Assembly (NCBI GenBank): GCA_905178155.1
Contig: CAJINV010000016.1
Span: forward strand, 248,001-312,000
Reading direction: 5' to 3'
DNA from: Amoebophrya sp. A120
Lineage: Eukaryota > Protista > Dinoflagellata
Length of the DNA: 64,000 bases
The notes beneath the pieces were generated by a model, which saw only the letters and a list, made by a program, of their open reading frames with translations, ran no database searches and had not been told where the DNA came from. The number at the start of each line of letters is the position of its first letter. Position 1 is the stretch's first letter. The position numbers and the translations under genes were made by a program. Positions 24,727 through 37,097 of the stretch are shown piece by piece.

Positions 24727-25725
24727 CTTTGTATGCGCGGGAAACCGGGAAACGCTTCACCCCTGCGACCGACGAGACTGACAACACAGACTGACAGCCA
24801 ATCTCGACGGTGGGTTCACTGAGATGAGAAACGAACGCCGCGCATGGCCCCTGCGAGCCCGCCATGTCTGGGGCGGGGCTGCGCCGGCCGTCGGCGCGCA
24901 CCGCCGGCGCCCGCGCACCTTCCTGAAGCTGGCGCGCAATGGCGCCCCCCGCGCCCCCCTAATAGTTACGGGCCCGGGCGCGGGCCCCACGGGGCCCAAC
25001 TGGGCTCGTTGTTGTCCCATGGTTCGGGCCGCCCGTTGTCATCATTCCAAACCCAAAAAACCGCGGGCCCTTCGGGGGCACGCGCCTGTGAAGGCGGCTG
25101 CGCTTTCAGACACGCACGAAAGCCGAGGCCGTTGGCTATACCATGGCCCAGGCCCCCGCGTGCGCGTTGCGTGCAACGTCCTTCGCAGGTTGCCCGGGCT
25201 TTCTTCACTTTAGTCGCCGCGCGCGGCCCCCGCCGTCGAGCGATAGATAGGCCCGGGCGGCCCTCTATCCCAGGGCGGTCCGTCGATAGATAGTTCCGGC
25301 GGGCCATGGGCGTCGGGGGCGTGCATGGCCAATCTAGGGCCGGCCGCTGCCCCTTCCGTCTATCATTGATGGCTGGGCAAACAACGAAGGCCGCGGGCCT
25401 GCCAGAGCAGGCCGCGGCACGTCCTTTGTTTGCCATACACAAGCCGCGAAAATAAGAGTGACACAAGACAGGGGGGCGCGTTGTTCTCTTCTTGCTAGGC
25501 TTTCTGCCGTAAGGCGGCACCATAAGCGGTGCGCGGGCCCAACTGCCTTCCAAAATCCGGCACCAGTTTTTTTCTCATGCATTTTTTGAAAACCGGCGGG
25601 CGGCCAGCCGATCCGGCCGGGCGGCCATGTGCCAAAAAAGCCGCAAGCAGATCAAAAGAACAAGCCGCCCAGAAGCGTCCGGAGCCGAGTGCGTGGGGAA
25701 ATCGCGGGGCGGCGGCGCCACGGCA

Positions 25726-28700
25726 CTACAACGGCAGGCGCCACGGCGTTGCCCCTCGACGGCCCGCTGAAGACTTCCCGGGGGGCCCGGCTAGGCATTT
25801 CCGGGGAAAACTGCTGGGGGGCTTCGGCGAGGCCCCTTGAATGGGTTGGCGTGCTGCTACGTAGGTTGGTAATCTGCCAGAAAACCCTGCGCGAGCCCCC
25901 AGGAAGGCGCGGCGCCTAAGGCTTCCTTCCATCCCGGGCGGTGGAAGTTTGGGCGCGCGCGCGCCGCCCCTCGGGGTGACCACATAACAGAGCATGCAAA
26001 ATCCGGCGCGAGGCCGCCCTTTGTGGATTGCCTTGGCTTCGTTGCCCTTTTTGTTTCGGGGGCAGCTGAGGAGAGCTCCACGGCTAGCCTCCGCCAGACA
26101 GCAAGCCCAACCATGCGGCGGGCGTGCTTGCTCATGGCCTGTTCTGCTTCGGAAGCGTTTCCGGGGCGTCGCCTCCCATCCATAGTTGTCCAACTTCCAA
26201 CCACACAAAGCTTCCCGAGCTTGCGGCCAATGGTCCGTCGCCACGACCCCATCGGCGCAATACGCTCGGGCATACTCCAGGATCGCCTGCGCCCGCTGGG
26301 TTCCGAGCTGCCCGACAACCGAAGCGCCCCCTGCATTCTCGTCTTCCGCAACAAGTTCCAGAACCAACAGGGCCACAGCGTCCTCGAGGTTTTCAACGGG
26401 TCGCAAATGCACGCCGCCCTCGTCTTCGCTCGCCAATAGCTTGGCGGAGTCTGCCGGCCGCGCTTCTAACATGTGGGGGCCCGCCCGCTCCTTCAGCTGG
26501 TGCGCCGCGGCACTGACCTCCCAGGCGTATAGCTGGATCGCCAGAGGTATGCCGAGGGCGCGCTTGTCCGCCCGCCCAGACGCGGCAAGATCTTCAAGGT
26601 CCTCTGCCTGAGACAAAGCCTGCTGCCGCCTAGCGTCAACCCAAGCGGGTATGGTGGGGGCGAGAGGCATGTATGAGTTTTGCGATGTATTGGCGGAAAT
26701 ACATCGCAAAACTCATACATCATACATGGAAGATTTGAGGAGAGCGCGACGGTTCCCATGTACAATGTATGAGGTGCAATACATCAATGCGTCATACATT
26801 GTACATCGTACATTGTACATGGTCCAGTGTATGACGTACGATGTATGACACATTGCACATTGGTGCATTGTGCATTATGTACATTGATGTATTGGACATT
26901 GGACATTGGACATTGTACATTGTACATCGTACATTGTAGGTCGTCGAGCTGTTCGAGCAGCTCGACATCCGGGCCCATGTCGAGCCGTTGTCGAGCTGTT
27001 CCAACAGCTCGATATCCGGGTGGGTCCATGTCGAGCTGGTGGGGCAGCCGTGTCGAGCTGTTGCAACAGCTCGACATCCGGGCCTCTGCCGAGCTGTTGC
27101 CGAGCTGTTGAAACAGCTCGACATCCGGGCCCATGTTGAGCTGTTGTCGAGCTGTTCAAACAGCTCTACATCCGAGCCCGTGTCGAGCTGTTGTCGAGCT
27201 GCTCGAACAGCTCGACATCCGGGTCCATGTCGAGCTGTCGACATCCGGGTCCATCATGTCGAGCCGTTGTCGAGCTGTTCCAACAGCTCGACATCCGGGT
27301 CCATGTCGAGCTGTTGTCGAGCTGTTCAAACAGCTCGACAAGCGAGGCCATGTCAAGCTGTTGGAGCAGCCGCGTCGAGCTGTTGCAACAGCTCGACGTC
27401 CGGGCCTCTGCCGAGCTGTGGTCGATGCACGATGTACAATGTACAATGTACCAAGCAGGATGCACCATGTACAATGTATGTTGTATGATGTTCAATGTAT
27501 GAGGTACCCAGAGCGGAGAACTTGCGATGTATGATGTATGAGGTACCTACAGCGGAGAATTTGCGATGTATGATGTATGATGTATGAGGTACCTACAGCG
27601 GAGAATTTGCGATGTATGATNTGTATGATGTATGAGGTACCTACAGCGGAGAATTTGCGATGTATGATGTATGATGTATGAGGTACCTACAGCGGAGAAT
27701 TTGCGATGTATGATGTACAATGTATGATGTATAATGTACGAAAGTGAGGCCGTTCTCCTCAAATCTTCCATGTATGATGTATGAGTTTTGCGATGTATTT
27801 CCGCCAATACATCGCAAAACTCATACATGCCTCTCGACCCCACCATATTGACCCAAGCGCCAACACTGGCGAGGAAAGCCTGCAGAAAGGTTTTGGGCGC
27901 GCCGCGCATCTGCCGCAGAAGTTTTTCTTCACCGCCCTTTAGCAAAACAGGCGGCGCGTTTTTGATGGCGGAGGCGAGGCACCTCTCCAGAAGCACCGGC
28001 GCAGCCTTGTCAGGCGCGTGCTCGGGTTCTTGCCTGGCCATCGGGGCCGAGCCTGGGCTGTCTCCTGCCTCCCCCCGATCTGCATGCGGAGCCGCCTCCT
28101 GGCGCGCGGGTGCTTTTGTTTCTTTGAAGACCTCGCCAGCAGAAAAGCCGGCCGGCAGCGGCTCGCCCGGCGCCCAGAATAGCGCCGCGTAATACTGTGC
28201 GCGCAGGCCGCTCTCCGCATAAGAGAAAAGCTCACGCGCCCGGGCGAGCTCCTCGCGGCCACCGAGCACGCCGGGGGCCGCGGCGGTTATTTCTTGGTAA
28301 GCCGTGTACAGGTTCGTCTCGGCCTCGCTTTGAAATCCCGCCGCGCGCAGCGCCTGCCTTTCTGCTTCGCTTAGCAGGCTGCCATCGCCCTGCAGCGCTG
28401 GCCCCACGATTTCGATAGCGCCGCTCAACCTGCTTTCCACATTGCGAAGCGAGCACAGGAAATCTTCTTGCCACCGGGTGCCCTGCGGAGCTCCTGCGGG
28501 GCCAGGGACGGTCTCCTGCCCTGCAGACTTGCCGGGCGCCTGCGTGCCCTGGAACTGGGAAAAGCCTTCGAGCAACTCTTTGACCGTTTCGGCGGTCCGC
28601 TCTCGTGCGGCAAAAACATCCGCAGCAAGCTGCTCGCCCACAAAAAGCCCCGCAAGCTTTTGGGGCGGAGTAGGTGGCGCGAGAAATGCGCCAATGTGGA

Positions 28701-29322
28701 GCGTCCGCAGAAATGTGGCACTGCCCTCGAGTTCCTGCAAAGCTTCGACCCAGGCCTGGCCATCGCCACCAGAGTGGCGCGCGCCACTGACGACCCGCGA
28801 ATAAACGGAGTCGCCGGCCTCTTCAAATTTTTCCAAAGCGGCTAAAAGCTGCGCGGCGCGCTGTCCCTCTGCGTCTGGACGTAGCCCAGGAGGCACATAC
28901 CCCGGCATCTTTCTCAGAGTCTCCGCCAGGGGGGCGGGCCGTGGGGCAGACGCTTTTGTGAGAAATTTGAGAAAATGCGCCGCGTCGACCAGCACTTTAC
29001 GAAGCAACGTCGTTCGCTCTTGTCCGGCAGTGCGAGAGGCCGCGAAATCACGCCGGGCCTGCGCGACGAAATCAAGGCGGCGCCTCCGCCCATTCGCCGG
29101 AGTAATCCGGTCCAGGTAGTCCTCGGGGACCTTTTCGGCGTACTCTATTAGGTGGAGGGCCATGCCGCGCAACGTGTTCCGGCGAATGGTGGCGAAAGGG
29201 CTCCCCCCGGCTTGTGCGTTGCCTCTCGGGCTCGAAGGCAATGCAGCTGCAGGCCTGTCGAAATGTTTGGCGCAATGCAATCGGGAGCGCGGGGCGCGAT
29301 GCCGCCGGGCCAGCGAAGCCAT
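25726..29322 (-). CDS. Hypothetical helical multi-domain protein (~790 aa) interrupted by a 1.2-kb foldback element
   Basis: ORFs on both sides of the element share a duplicated AWV (..ASVGAWV|DARRQQ..). N-terminal domain shared with 24148, C-terminal domain shared with 33445, 34067 and 37098. Termini uncertain. Confidence 0.65.
26650..27847. mobile_element. 1.2-kb foldback-type element with 97-bp TIRs (TAT...ATA), probably an intron
   Basis: TIRs at 26650-26746 and 27751-27847, each containing a perfect 23-bp hairpin. Internal cattgta/tacaatg arrays are inverted; palindromic gtcgagctg..cagctcgac units; tandem units of ~40-55 nt. 9-nt DR acccaagcg at 26639-26647 and 27851-27859. One N at 27621. 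Confidence 0.85.
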
Positions 29323-31068
29323 ATAAATACTGACAAGCAAAATCCCAAAGAAAGGGGGGCCTGAACAAAAGCACAGAAACGGAGCAGGCTGAACAATAAC
29401 TCTAGAGCGCCCCACAGAAAAGCCATATACTAAATCACTAACTGGAAGCCAAAAGAAGGCGGCAAGCCGGACCGCACGAAGACAACACCGGGCGAGGGGC
29501 GGGCGGGTGAATACATGGAGGCCGAATACGAGGCGAAAAACCCCAACGGGCCGAGCCAAAATAGAAGCAGGCGCGGCGCCTCCGGTGGCCGCCCAATCAA
29601 CGAACCAAAGTAAGAACAGGCATCGCCCGCCGGCCCCCCATACCTGTCTAGGATGCCTGCCTGGCCAGGCTGGCAGGCGCCAAGGCGCCCGGCCCCCTTT
29701 TCTACCTTTGGCCCCTTTCGGCTTTCCCGAGGGACCGGGCCACACAAAGCCGCCGCCCCACGAGAAGGGCTGGGCGCCCGGGGGTCCGGAGCAATATGGG
29801 GGGGCCCTGCCTTAGCAACCGAGAGCAGAGAAGAGGCCCCCACCCGAGCACGGCGAACGCCCATCGCACGCTCCCTGTCTCTCTGGCCCTGCGTGTCTGA
29901 GGGCCGGGGGGCGGCGCGCGCGAGGGGGTGCTCGACGGCCCGCGGGGCCGTCAAGCCCCGCGGGCCGTCAACTCGCTGCGCGCAATGCATGCCCTTGAGC
30001 CCAACGCCATGCATCCATCCCGACTGGAGTCGGCCTGAAGCACTCACGCGCCACGCTAAGGCAACATTCAAAAGCCGCGGCCAAAACACCACGGCCCCGC
30101 CCCCCCCGGACCTCGCAGAGGCTTTCCGGGTTTCTTGCGCTGGAATGGCGGGCCAACTAGTTTCTGGCCCTCAAAACCACGCGCGCCGGATAAAAGCAGG
30201 CGGCCCACCGACTTTGGTTGGCGGCCTCTTTTGGGGCCTCCGAAGGTTTGGGGGGGCGCGGGCCGATGTGGCGCTCACGCCCTTCCTGCATAGATACCAT
30301 GCGGCGCCCTTTGCCCTTCGGCTAGCCGCCTCTTTGGTGGCCCGCTCCTTTCGGGCACCCAAGGCCGCCAAGTAATAGCCAAAGCGGCTGGCGAGCGCCT
30401 CAGAAGGTCGGCCGCCATACCGGCTTCGCTGCGCTGGCCGATTCATCAGGGAGGCGGCAGGCGGCACAAGCCAGTCGGATTGCGTCCGTGCTTGGAAACG
30501 AAGCCCCGGCCGCCTGGGGGGCGCGCGCCTTTTTTTATCTTTCTGCCAAAACCCTGCTGGCCGCCTGAGGCCTTTCCATAATATTGCGCGGGGGGCAGCG
30601 CGCGCCTTGCCTTGCTGCAGCGCTCGCCACCTCGCGGCAAGCCAATTCCCTGCCTAAGGAGCTGCGCTGGCCTAACTGAATTCCGCCCCGCGGCGGCGCC
30701 CGAGGTGTAGGCGCCGAGGACAATCAACGCGGCGCAAGTTAGTTGACGCCCTGGCCGTCGGGCCCCGCAATCAAAAGTGGTGGCCTGCGGTCATGTTGCA
30801 GGCCTGCGATAATAGCCCCCGCGCGGGTGCTTTTGCAAAACACGCTGCGCCCTCTCAACGCCTTGCAACCGGACGACAGGCCCGCGCGCGGCTGCGTGCC
30901 TGCCCTCCCCTGGTTTGGCATTAAGGCGGAAAACACAGCCCCCCCTTCTCTGGCCCCCTTCTCCGAACAAGACGGGCCCCCAATGCCAGGCCCCAAGCAA
31001 TCTATCTCGCCGCGGCCATTTTCTTAATTCTCGAACGCATCATGACAAGGCAACAAACGAGCACTATC

Positions 31069-31785
31069 TTACCCAGCTCCCAGGCCGCCGCGCCACCACC
31101 AAAGAGAGGGATGGCCCACCTCCGCGTCTTTCCATTCGCTGCCGCCTTCCGTTTGCTGCAAAGTGACAACCCCGAGACACTCGACCTCCGCCTCTGTACG
31201 CTCCTTGCCCACGGCCAGCGAGGTGAGCGCGGCAAGACGCGAGCCCCCCGAAGGCTTTGGCCCTCCTGGTCGGCGACGTACGCGGGCCGTTATTTCCAAA
31301 TCCCTTGGAACGCCAACCCAACGAGCCGCCTTGCCGCTGCTTTTGTCCAACTTCTGGACGGCGTCGATTGCGTAATAGAAGGCGCCCTTTTTGTATCCAC
31401 CTTTTCGGCGCGCCGTTCTGAAAATGACAGGGGCGCGGCCGTTCTGGCTTTCCAACTCCCAGTCTTGCGTGCCCTCTGGCTCGCCGCCTGCCTTTTCTCT
31501 TTTTTTCCAGATGGCGCGCGCGTTCGATATTCGCCGAATGGAGGGCCTGAGCCACTCAAGCTTCGCCGCCTCCTGCAGTTTTGTATGCCCAGAAAAACCC
31601 CGGGGGGATTTCACTGTTGGGGCCCGGCAACACGAGCGGCCGCGCGTGATGGTGGGCAACCTGGGCGAGTGCGGTGGCAACTGGCTCCCGCCCCAACATA
31701 TCACCGGCGCACCGCAGCCAGGGTGTTTAGCGACGAGAGGCGGCTTGCTTGGTTTGGGCCGGCCTCTAAACAAAGCTGGCCCCAC
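31069..31785 (-). CDS. Possible hypothetical protein or decayed ORF in the GC-rich island
   Basis: 238-aa ORF on the gene-bearing strand with non-repetitive composition; no recognisable motif. Confidence 0.25.
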   Translation of the reverse strand: MGPALFRGRPKPSKPPLVAKHPGCGAPVICWGGSQLPPHSPRLPTITRGRSCCRAPTVKSPRGFSGHTKLQEAAKLEWLRPSIRRISNARAIWKKREKAGGEPEGTQDWELESQNGRAPVIFRTARRKGGYKKGAFYYAIDAVQKLDKSSGKAARWVGVPRDLEITARVRRRPGGPKPSGGSRLAALTSLAVGKERTEAEVECLGVVTLQQTEGGSEWKDAEVGHPSLWWWRGGLGAG

Positions 31786-33444
31786 CCCCTGCTTGCTGCC
31801 TCTCTACTTCCACCACCTAGGTAGTCTCTATCGCCTCGCGCGCGGCAAACATCCTCTGGCCCGCCCTCTGGTCTTACCGGTAGCGCCCGCCTCTGCGTGC
31901 TTTGTCTTACTTATGAAGGCCCTACGCCGGTACCTTTTGCGCGCGCGGCAATTTGAAAACACTTTCTGGGGCCTTTTACAGTTGCCACCGAGCGCGCTGG
32001 CAAAGAAAACCACGCCACCCTGGCAACGTTAACTAGAACAAGAAACGAGCCCGGAGGGCCGAGAGCGAAAGTGGGGGCGGACGCTTTCGGGCCCCGCCGC
32101 CTTGACAAATCGCGCCCCAGGGCCCCAGCTACCATCTCGGTGCCATCGGGCAGGAGCGCAGACGCCATCCCGCGCACAAATGTGCAAAATCACCGGGCGC
32201 CGTATCTCGCTCAATTACACGCAGGCGTCCTCGCTTTTGTTCGCTGGCTGGCTGGGGCGCGAAGGCGCGGCGCACCGCCCCGCGGTCGCGTCTACTGCGT
32301 TTTTAATTTTATAAGACAGGCAGCGCCGCACCGTACCGGCCGGGCGGTTCGGCTTCTGCCCCGGGCGGCCAACAACAAAACGGCACACCCCGCCCGTCCG
32401 CTTCCGCGAATAAAACGGCCTGGGCCAATTGGTAGGCTACCGCAAGAAAAGGCCCCGGGCTTTTAAATTTTCAAACGGGCCCAAAGAACATCCCGAGGCG
32501 GAGCAAGAAAGACAAAAAAAAACAAAAGAAGGGCTGCGGCCAATACACAAAAAAAACGGCGGGGGGAGGGGCGCCGGGGCCCCGGCGCCGTGTCCATCCC
32601 GTTTCCCGCCAAACGTTCCGGGGGCGGGTACTGCGTTGCGTGCTGCATGCTGCCCGAGAAAAATAAAATCGCCGCGGGGCGACGGCCTCGGCGCCCGGGG
32701 TTTTGCAAGTCCCCGACGGGTTCGCCAGATTTTAGAAAAACAGCCCGCCCAAGGTTCGTCCGCCTGAACCAATCAGCCTCCGCGGGGCGGCAACCTCGCC
32801 GCGCTGTTTCCCGCCCGGCGCGCGTACGCCGGCCCGCGCTGCTTCGCTCGCATCCTCGGAAAAGAAGAAAGAGGGGCGGGGCCACCCAGCAGAGGCCACA
32901 AGACCAATCAAATTGCCGCCGCCCGGTCGCCCACAAGAGAGGGCAGGCCCTGGCTGCGCCTGTTCTGTTGGCGCCGCCTTCCTACCCCACAAGCCGGCCG
33001 GGCCCTATCTGCTGGCCTGCTTGCAAAATCCAAACCTGGCTGGGCCCTGGACGAAGGGCGCCGCACTGACTAAAGTGCCCGGCCAAGCGCGGACAAACCG
33101 AGGGCGGGCGCCAGCTCAGGCTCGGCGAACACGCTGCCACCCACCCTTGCGAGGGCCCCCCAGAGCCGAACGGGGCCCGCCTCCGGGCTTTACGAAAATG
33201 CGATCCGGTGCGCGTGCGCCTGCCTTGTTCTTAAATACACAACCGACGCCGCTTCAGGCGCGTCCGACAGATCTTGCTGCGCGCGAGAAATTAGGAAAAC
33301 AACGCCGGCCGCGCCATAACAACGTCAGGGCGGCACACCCGCCCAACCTGCCTGCTTATTTGAATGCATGGACGAACACGGGCGGCCGCGTCGGTTACTA
33401 AAGGTTCTGCGAGTGGGCCCCCCAAAGACTTTCGCTTTCCGCCC

Positions 33445-33888
33445 CTACTTTTCTTGTTTTGCTTTTGTCTTCTCCCACTCCCTGCTCGGCTCCTTCAGTG
33501 GGTTGCGGCGCTTCTCCACCTTGTCGACGTACGCCGTGGCATACTCCGCGAGCGTTTGCACGGCCTCAGAGCCGAGGCGCCCAATGGCCAATCCGTCGAG
33601 AACTTTCTCACCTTCAGAAACAAACGCCAGAGCCAATCGGGCCGCAGCGTCTTCGAGAGTCCTGACGGCGCCAAGAGACATACCACCCTCCTCGTCCGCC
33701 TCCTTATCCAGCTGGGCTTCGGCGGCAGTAACCCTGTCCCAGAGGTCATGCACATCCGGGCCCTCCTCGTCGCTCGCCCAGCCAGCTTCATCGTTGGCCA
33801 ACTTTTCTAGACCCTTTGCCTGGGCCACAACCTTCTCCAACCTACGAGCAAACACAACATCAAGAGGCGCTATCGAGTGCTGACCCAT
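33445..33888 (-). CDS. Hypothetical helical protein with the LExxxARLxxxFV..LG..QTLxEY domain
   Basis: LEDAAARLALAFVSEGEKVLDGLAIGRLGSEAVQTLAEYATAY; probable ATG at 33888 within ORF 33445-34299. Confidence 0.6.
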   Translation of the reverse strand: MGQHSIAPLDVVFARRLEKVVAQAKGLEKLANDEAGWASDEEGPDVHDLWDRVTAAEAQLDKEADEEGGMSLGAVRTLEDAAARLALAFVSEGEKVLDGLAIGRLGSEAVQTLAEYATAYVDKVEKRRNPLKEPSREWEKTKAKQEK

Positions 33889-34066
33889 CTCCCCATGCCT
33901 CGCTTTCCCGCTTCGGGGCAGTGGCTTCTCACTCGAGTGACGGCGAAAGGCAAAAGCCGGGCGCCCGTTCCCCGGCCCGAAGGCGCCGTCTGTGGGCGCA
34001 CGCGCGCACCCTTCCAACTTTTCGCGCCAGGCGCGCCAGTAGCAATACATAAACGGGGCACAAAAT

Positions 34067-35143
34067 TCAAGCGCGCCACATTGTGGCGGGGCGGGTGCTC
34101 GCAATGGGGCGCCGGGTATGCAACAGGGCGGCCGGGGGGACCCGGCTAGCCAGGGCGGGGGGGGGCTGCAGCAGTAGGCGAGGAAGCAAACGGGGGGCGG
34201 CGCCCGGGGCGCGGTGCAGAGGGAGCAGGGGTGGCAAGGCGCAAGCCAGCCCCCGAGGGCAAAAAACCAGCGCGGCTGGGGAGGCGGCGCGGGGGGCACT
34301 CAGCCAGCTGACAATGCCGAAACAGGCGCCCCGCCGCCGGTTCCATGCCCCCAGCCGCTGCGGCCGTGCCGAGGCAGTCGGCGCCGGGAGGCTACAAAAC
34401 AAATGGCGCCGCGGGCTAGCGGTGCCTGCAAAGCGGGGCCGCGTGGAGATGGGGAAAGGATTCAGCCTCCTACCATCAAGCTTCGTGCACTTTCCTGCAA
34501 GCGACCTCAAGATGTTCGGCGTGATCGCGTCTTCTAAGTCGCGCCGCACGCTATCGAGGGCCCCCTGTGCGATACTTCCGGGAGGCACATGCCGTACGGC
34601 GGTGCCTCTTCTGACCAAGCTCTCGGCATGCGCTGCGACGTACTCCATAAGCGTTTGCACCTTTTGGTGGCCGAGCTTGCTGATCGCCCAAAGGGCGCCA
34701 TCGTTGTAATCGTGAAAGCCAACAAACAACATAGTCAGCCGGGCAACATGGTGCTCAAGGTCTTGCGCTTCGGCAGCATTTGTATAAGAGGGGGCCCTGA
34801 CACGCTCAGGCCTAACTAAACTCCCGAAACAAGGAGGTGCGTGGGCTCCAATAGTAATACTTCTTGATCGCGGGGAATGGGGATAGGAAAAAAAGGCACG
34901 CGCCGGCGCGTCCAGAACACCAACTAACACGCTTGCTGCTGGCCAGGCGAACCGCCTCCCCGGGTGGGCTTCGCCCCGCGGAAGATTCCGTGTTCCCGGA
35001 GAATCGGGGCCCCCTGCTACCTGGGGGTCCCTGCAAGGCCCCGCCTTTCCCAATGTCTCCTCGGGGCTCTTCGGCCTCCCGGGCGGCCTCCGTGACTCTT
35101 CTCGCGCCCCCGGTGTGGCTTTCTGCGGTCGGGGACGTGCCAC
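34067..35143 (-). CDS. Hypothetical protein or fragment with the same domain (credible part ~34450-34830)
   Basis: LEHHVARLTMLFVGFHDYNDGALWAISKLGHQKVQTLMEYVAAH. Confidence 0.45.
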   Translation of the reverse strand: MARPRPQKATPGAREESRRPPGRPKSPEETLGKAGPCRDPQVAGGPDSPGTRNLPRGEAHPGRRFAWPAASVLVGVLDAPARAFFSYPHSPRSRSITIGAHAPPCFGSLVRPERVRAPSYTNAAEAQDLEHHVARLTMLFVGFHDYNDGALWAISKLGHQKVQTLMEYVAAHAESLVRRGTAVRHVPPGSIAQGALDSVRRDLEDAITPNILRSLAGKCTKLDGRRLNPFPISTRPRFAGTASPRRHLFCSLPAPTASARPQRLGAWNRRRGACFGIVSWLSAPRAASPAALVFCPRGLACALPPLLPLHRAPGAAPRLLPRLLLQPPPALASRVPPAALLHTRRPIASTRPATMWRA

Positions 35144-35722
35144 CGGGCGCCCATCTAGAAAATGAAATCCTCCGCGGCGCCTTTGCCCCCCCTAGTCGGG
35201 CCGCCCCGGCCGCCAGCCTGCCATCCAAGCAAACGCGGCCGGCGCTCGTCAGTTGGAAACCCCGGGGCGGTGGCGGCCGCTAATTTCCAGCTAATTTTTG
35301 CGGGATTTTTTCAAACCCCGACAATCGGGATAATAGTTGAAGGCCCAAACCCGAAAAAGCGACAACCCAAGTTGCCGCGCGCGAGGTCCCAAAACAATCA
35401 CGAGAGGGGCTTCAGGACAAGAAAAAGAAAACAACGAGAAGCAGGCCGCCTCCTACACATGGAGCATGGCAACGCCGGCAATCTCACACAGGATGAATTC
35501 CCGCAAAACAAAACCCCAAATCCCAAAACCGCCCGAGAAGCAAAAGCACCCATCGAACACCCCACCCAGTTACACCCATACGAAACACCCCCCGCGGGCG
35601 GCTATTTTCGCTGCTAATTCTGCGGCTAATTTTGTTTCTATTTTTGGGCTCTATTTTCGTTTCTAATTTTGCTTCTATTTTCGTATTCTAAATCATGTTC
35701 TATTTTCGTATTCTAAATCATG

Positions 35723-36000
35723 TTCTATTTTTGGGTTCTAAATCGTATTCTATTTTGGCTTCTAAATCGTGCTACTATTTTGCTTTCTATTTTTTGCGGG
35801 ATTCGCATGTTCGAGCGGCTGCTTTTCAACTTCTAAATTCGCGCTTTGGAGGATTTCCTTTGGAAATCTCCAGTGTCGCGAAAAATAGAAGTTGAGAAGA
35901 CAGCTGCCGAACACGCGAATCCCGCAGAAAAATAGAAAGCAAAACAGCGAGCACGTTTAGAAGTCCAAAATAGAATACGACTCAGAGCCCAAAAATCGAA
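35723..36000. repeat. ~280-nt imperfect palindrome (long hairpin) preceded by AT-rich short tandem repeats
   Basis: Arms such as tcgtattctattttgg/ccaaaatagaatacga, tgctttctatttt/aaaatagaaagca, gcgggattcgc/gcgaatcccgc and tcaacttcta/tagaagttga pair in nested order around the apex gatttcc-ttt-ggaaatc. Confidence 0.85.
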
Positions 36001-37097
36001 AGCTTTCGAAAAAGCCAGCGACAATGGCTTTGCGAAAGAACGAAACAGGGATAGGGTGCAGGGATTTCAACATTGCCCACACGGCCCAGGTCTTCACAAC
36101 CCAAGCCGAAAACCCGAGGGCCCCCATGAAAACCAGACCACAAGCGCTGCCCTCCACCTTCGGGGCCACCCGGGTACGAAAATACCAAAGAAGCCCCCAG
36201 GGCGTTCGAAATTCCGAATCCCCTGCAAACGGCCGTAATTTTTAAATTTTAATTCCCGTCGTGGCTTTTCATGGAAAAACACACGCGGGACCAGCGGGGG
36301 GATTTGACAAAAACCCGGCCCCCCGGGCGCGGTGGAAAAGGGCGGAACCCTGCGGGCCCGGGAAACTTCAACGCCCGGGGATGAAAACCGCCGCCCACCC
36401 TAAGGGCTTTGGGGAAATCCCGCAAAAATTAGCTGGGGTTTAGTGCCTCCCGCGGCCCGCGGGCTCTCTGACTGACGCTCGTAAGCCAAGCAGGCGGCCT
36501 AATGTGGCGCAGAGGGTCGGTTCCGCCTAGTCTTTGGGACCTCCGGCAGGAGGGCTTGCCGCGCAAACTAGCCTGGGGCACTCACGCCTGGGCCCGCCGG
36601 TATTGGGGGAATCCCGAAAAATTTAGCCATTTTTTTTGTCAGCCGCGGACCGGGGCCTGCTGGTGGAGTGCGGCACCCCATCGGGGCAGCCGCCCGCCCC
36701 CCCGGGGCCCGGCTTCGGCGCGGCCGAGTTTCGGGGGCGGAAGCCTCCGCGCCTGGGGCCCTTTCCAAAACCACCAGGCCCGCCACACATCTGTGCCGGC
36801 CTGTCGGTAACTGAGCACTTATTAACGCAAGGAAGCCGGGCGGGCGCGCTGGCGACGCTTTATTGTGCCGGCAAGTCTACCCTGATTTCCCCGTCATTCA
36901 ATATTTGATGGCAGCTGGGAGCACGAAACCAATGCCCGCAGGCAATGCGGTGTCCCGGCTGTTTGTGATGCGCCATGGCACCACCACGGCGCCCACGAAA
37001 TCAATGGCAGCCTTTGCGCCGATTCAGCGGAAAACCATTTTGGGCCATGCCTGTTATTTTCAGGAGCGCAGCCACGCAATTTCTAGGCCTGACAGCG

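Noticed and set aside
26940-27425. Palindromic gtcgagctg..cagctcgac repeats resembling a CRISPR array
   Set aside because: The intervening sequences are short and themselves repeated, spacing is irregular, there are no cas genes, and the run lies inside a TIR element
27547-27847. C-terminal 'YIIHHTSQILRCRYL' repeats of the 732-aa ORF and overlapping repetitive ORFs at 26.8-27.5 kb
   Set aside because: These are read-through translations of the foldback element's tandem repeats
29430-33400. Many overlapping Arg/Pro/Gly-rich ORFs; possible retroelement or viral remnant
   Set aside because: These are expected from high GC content; I could not identify any RT, integrase, transposase or capsid motif
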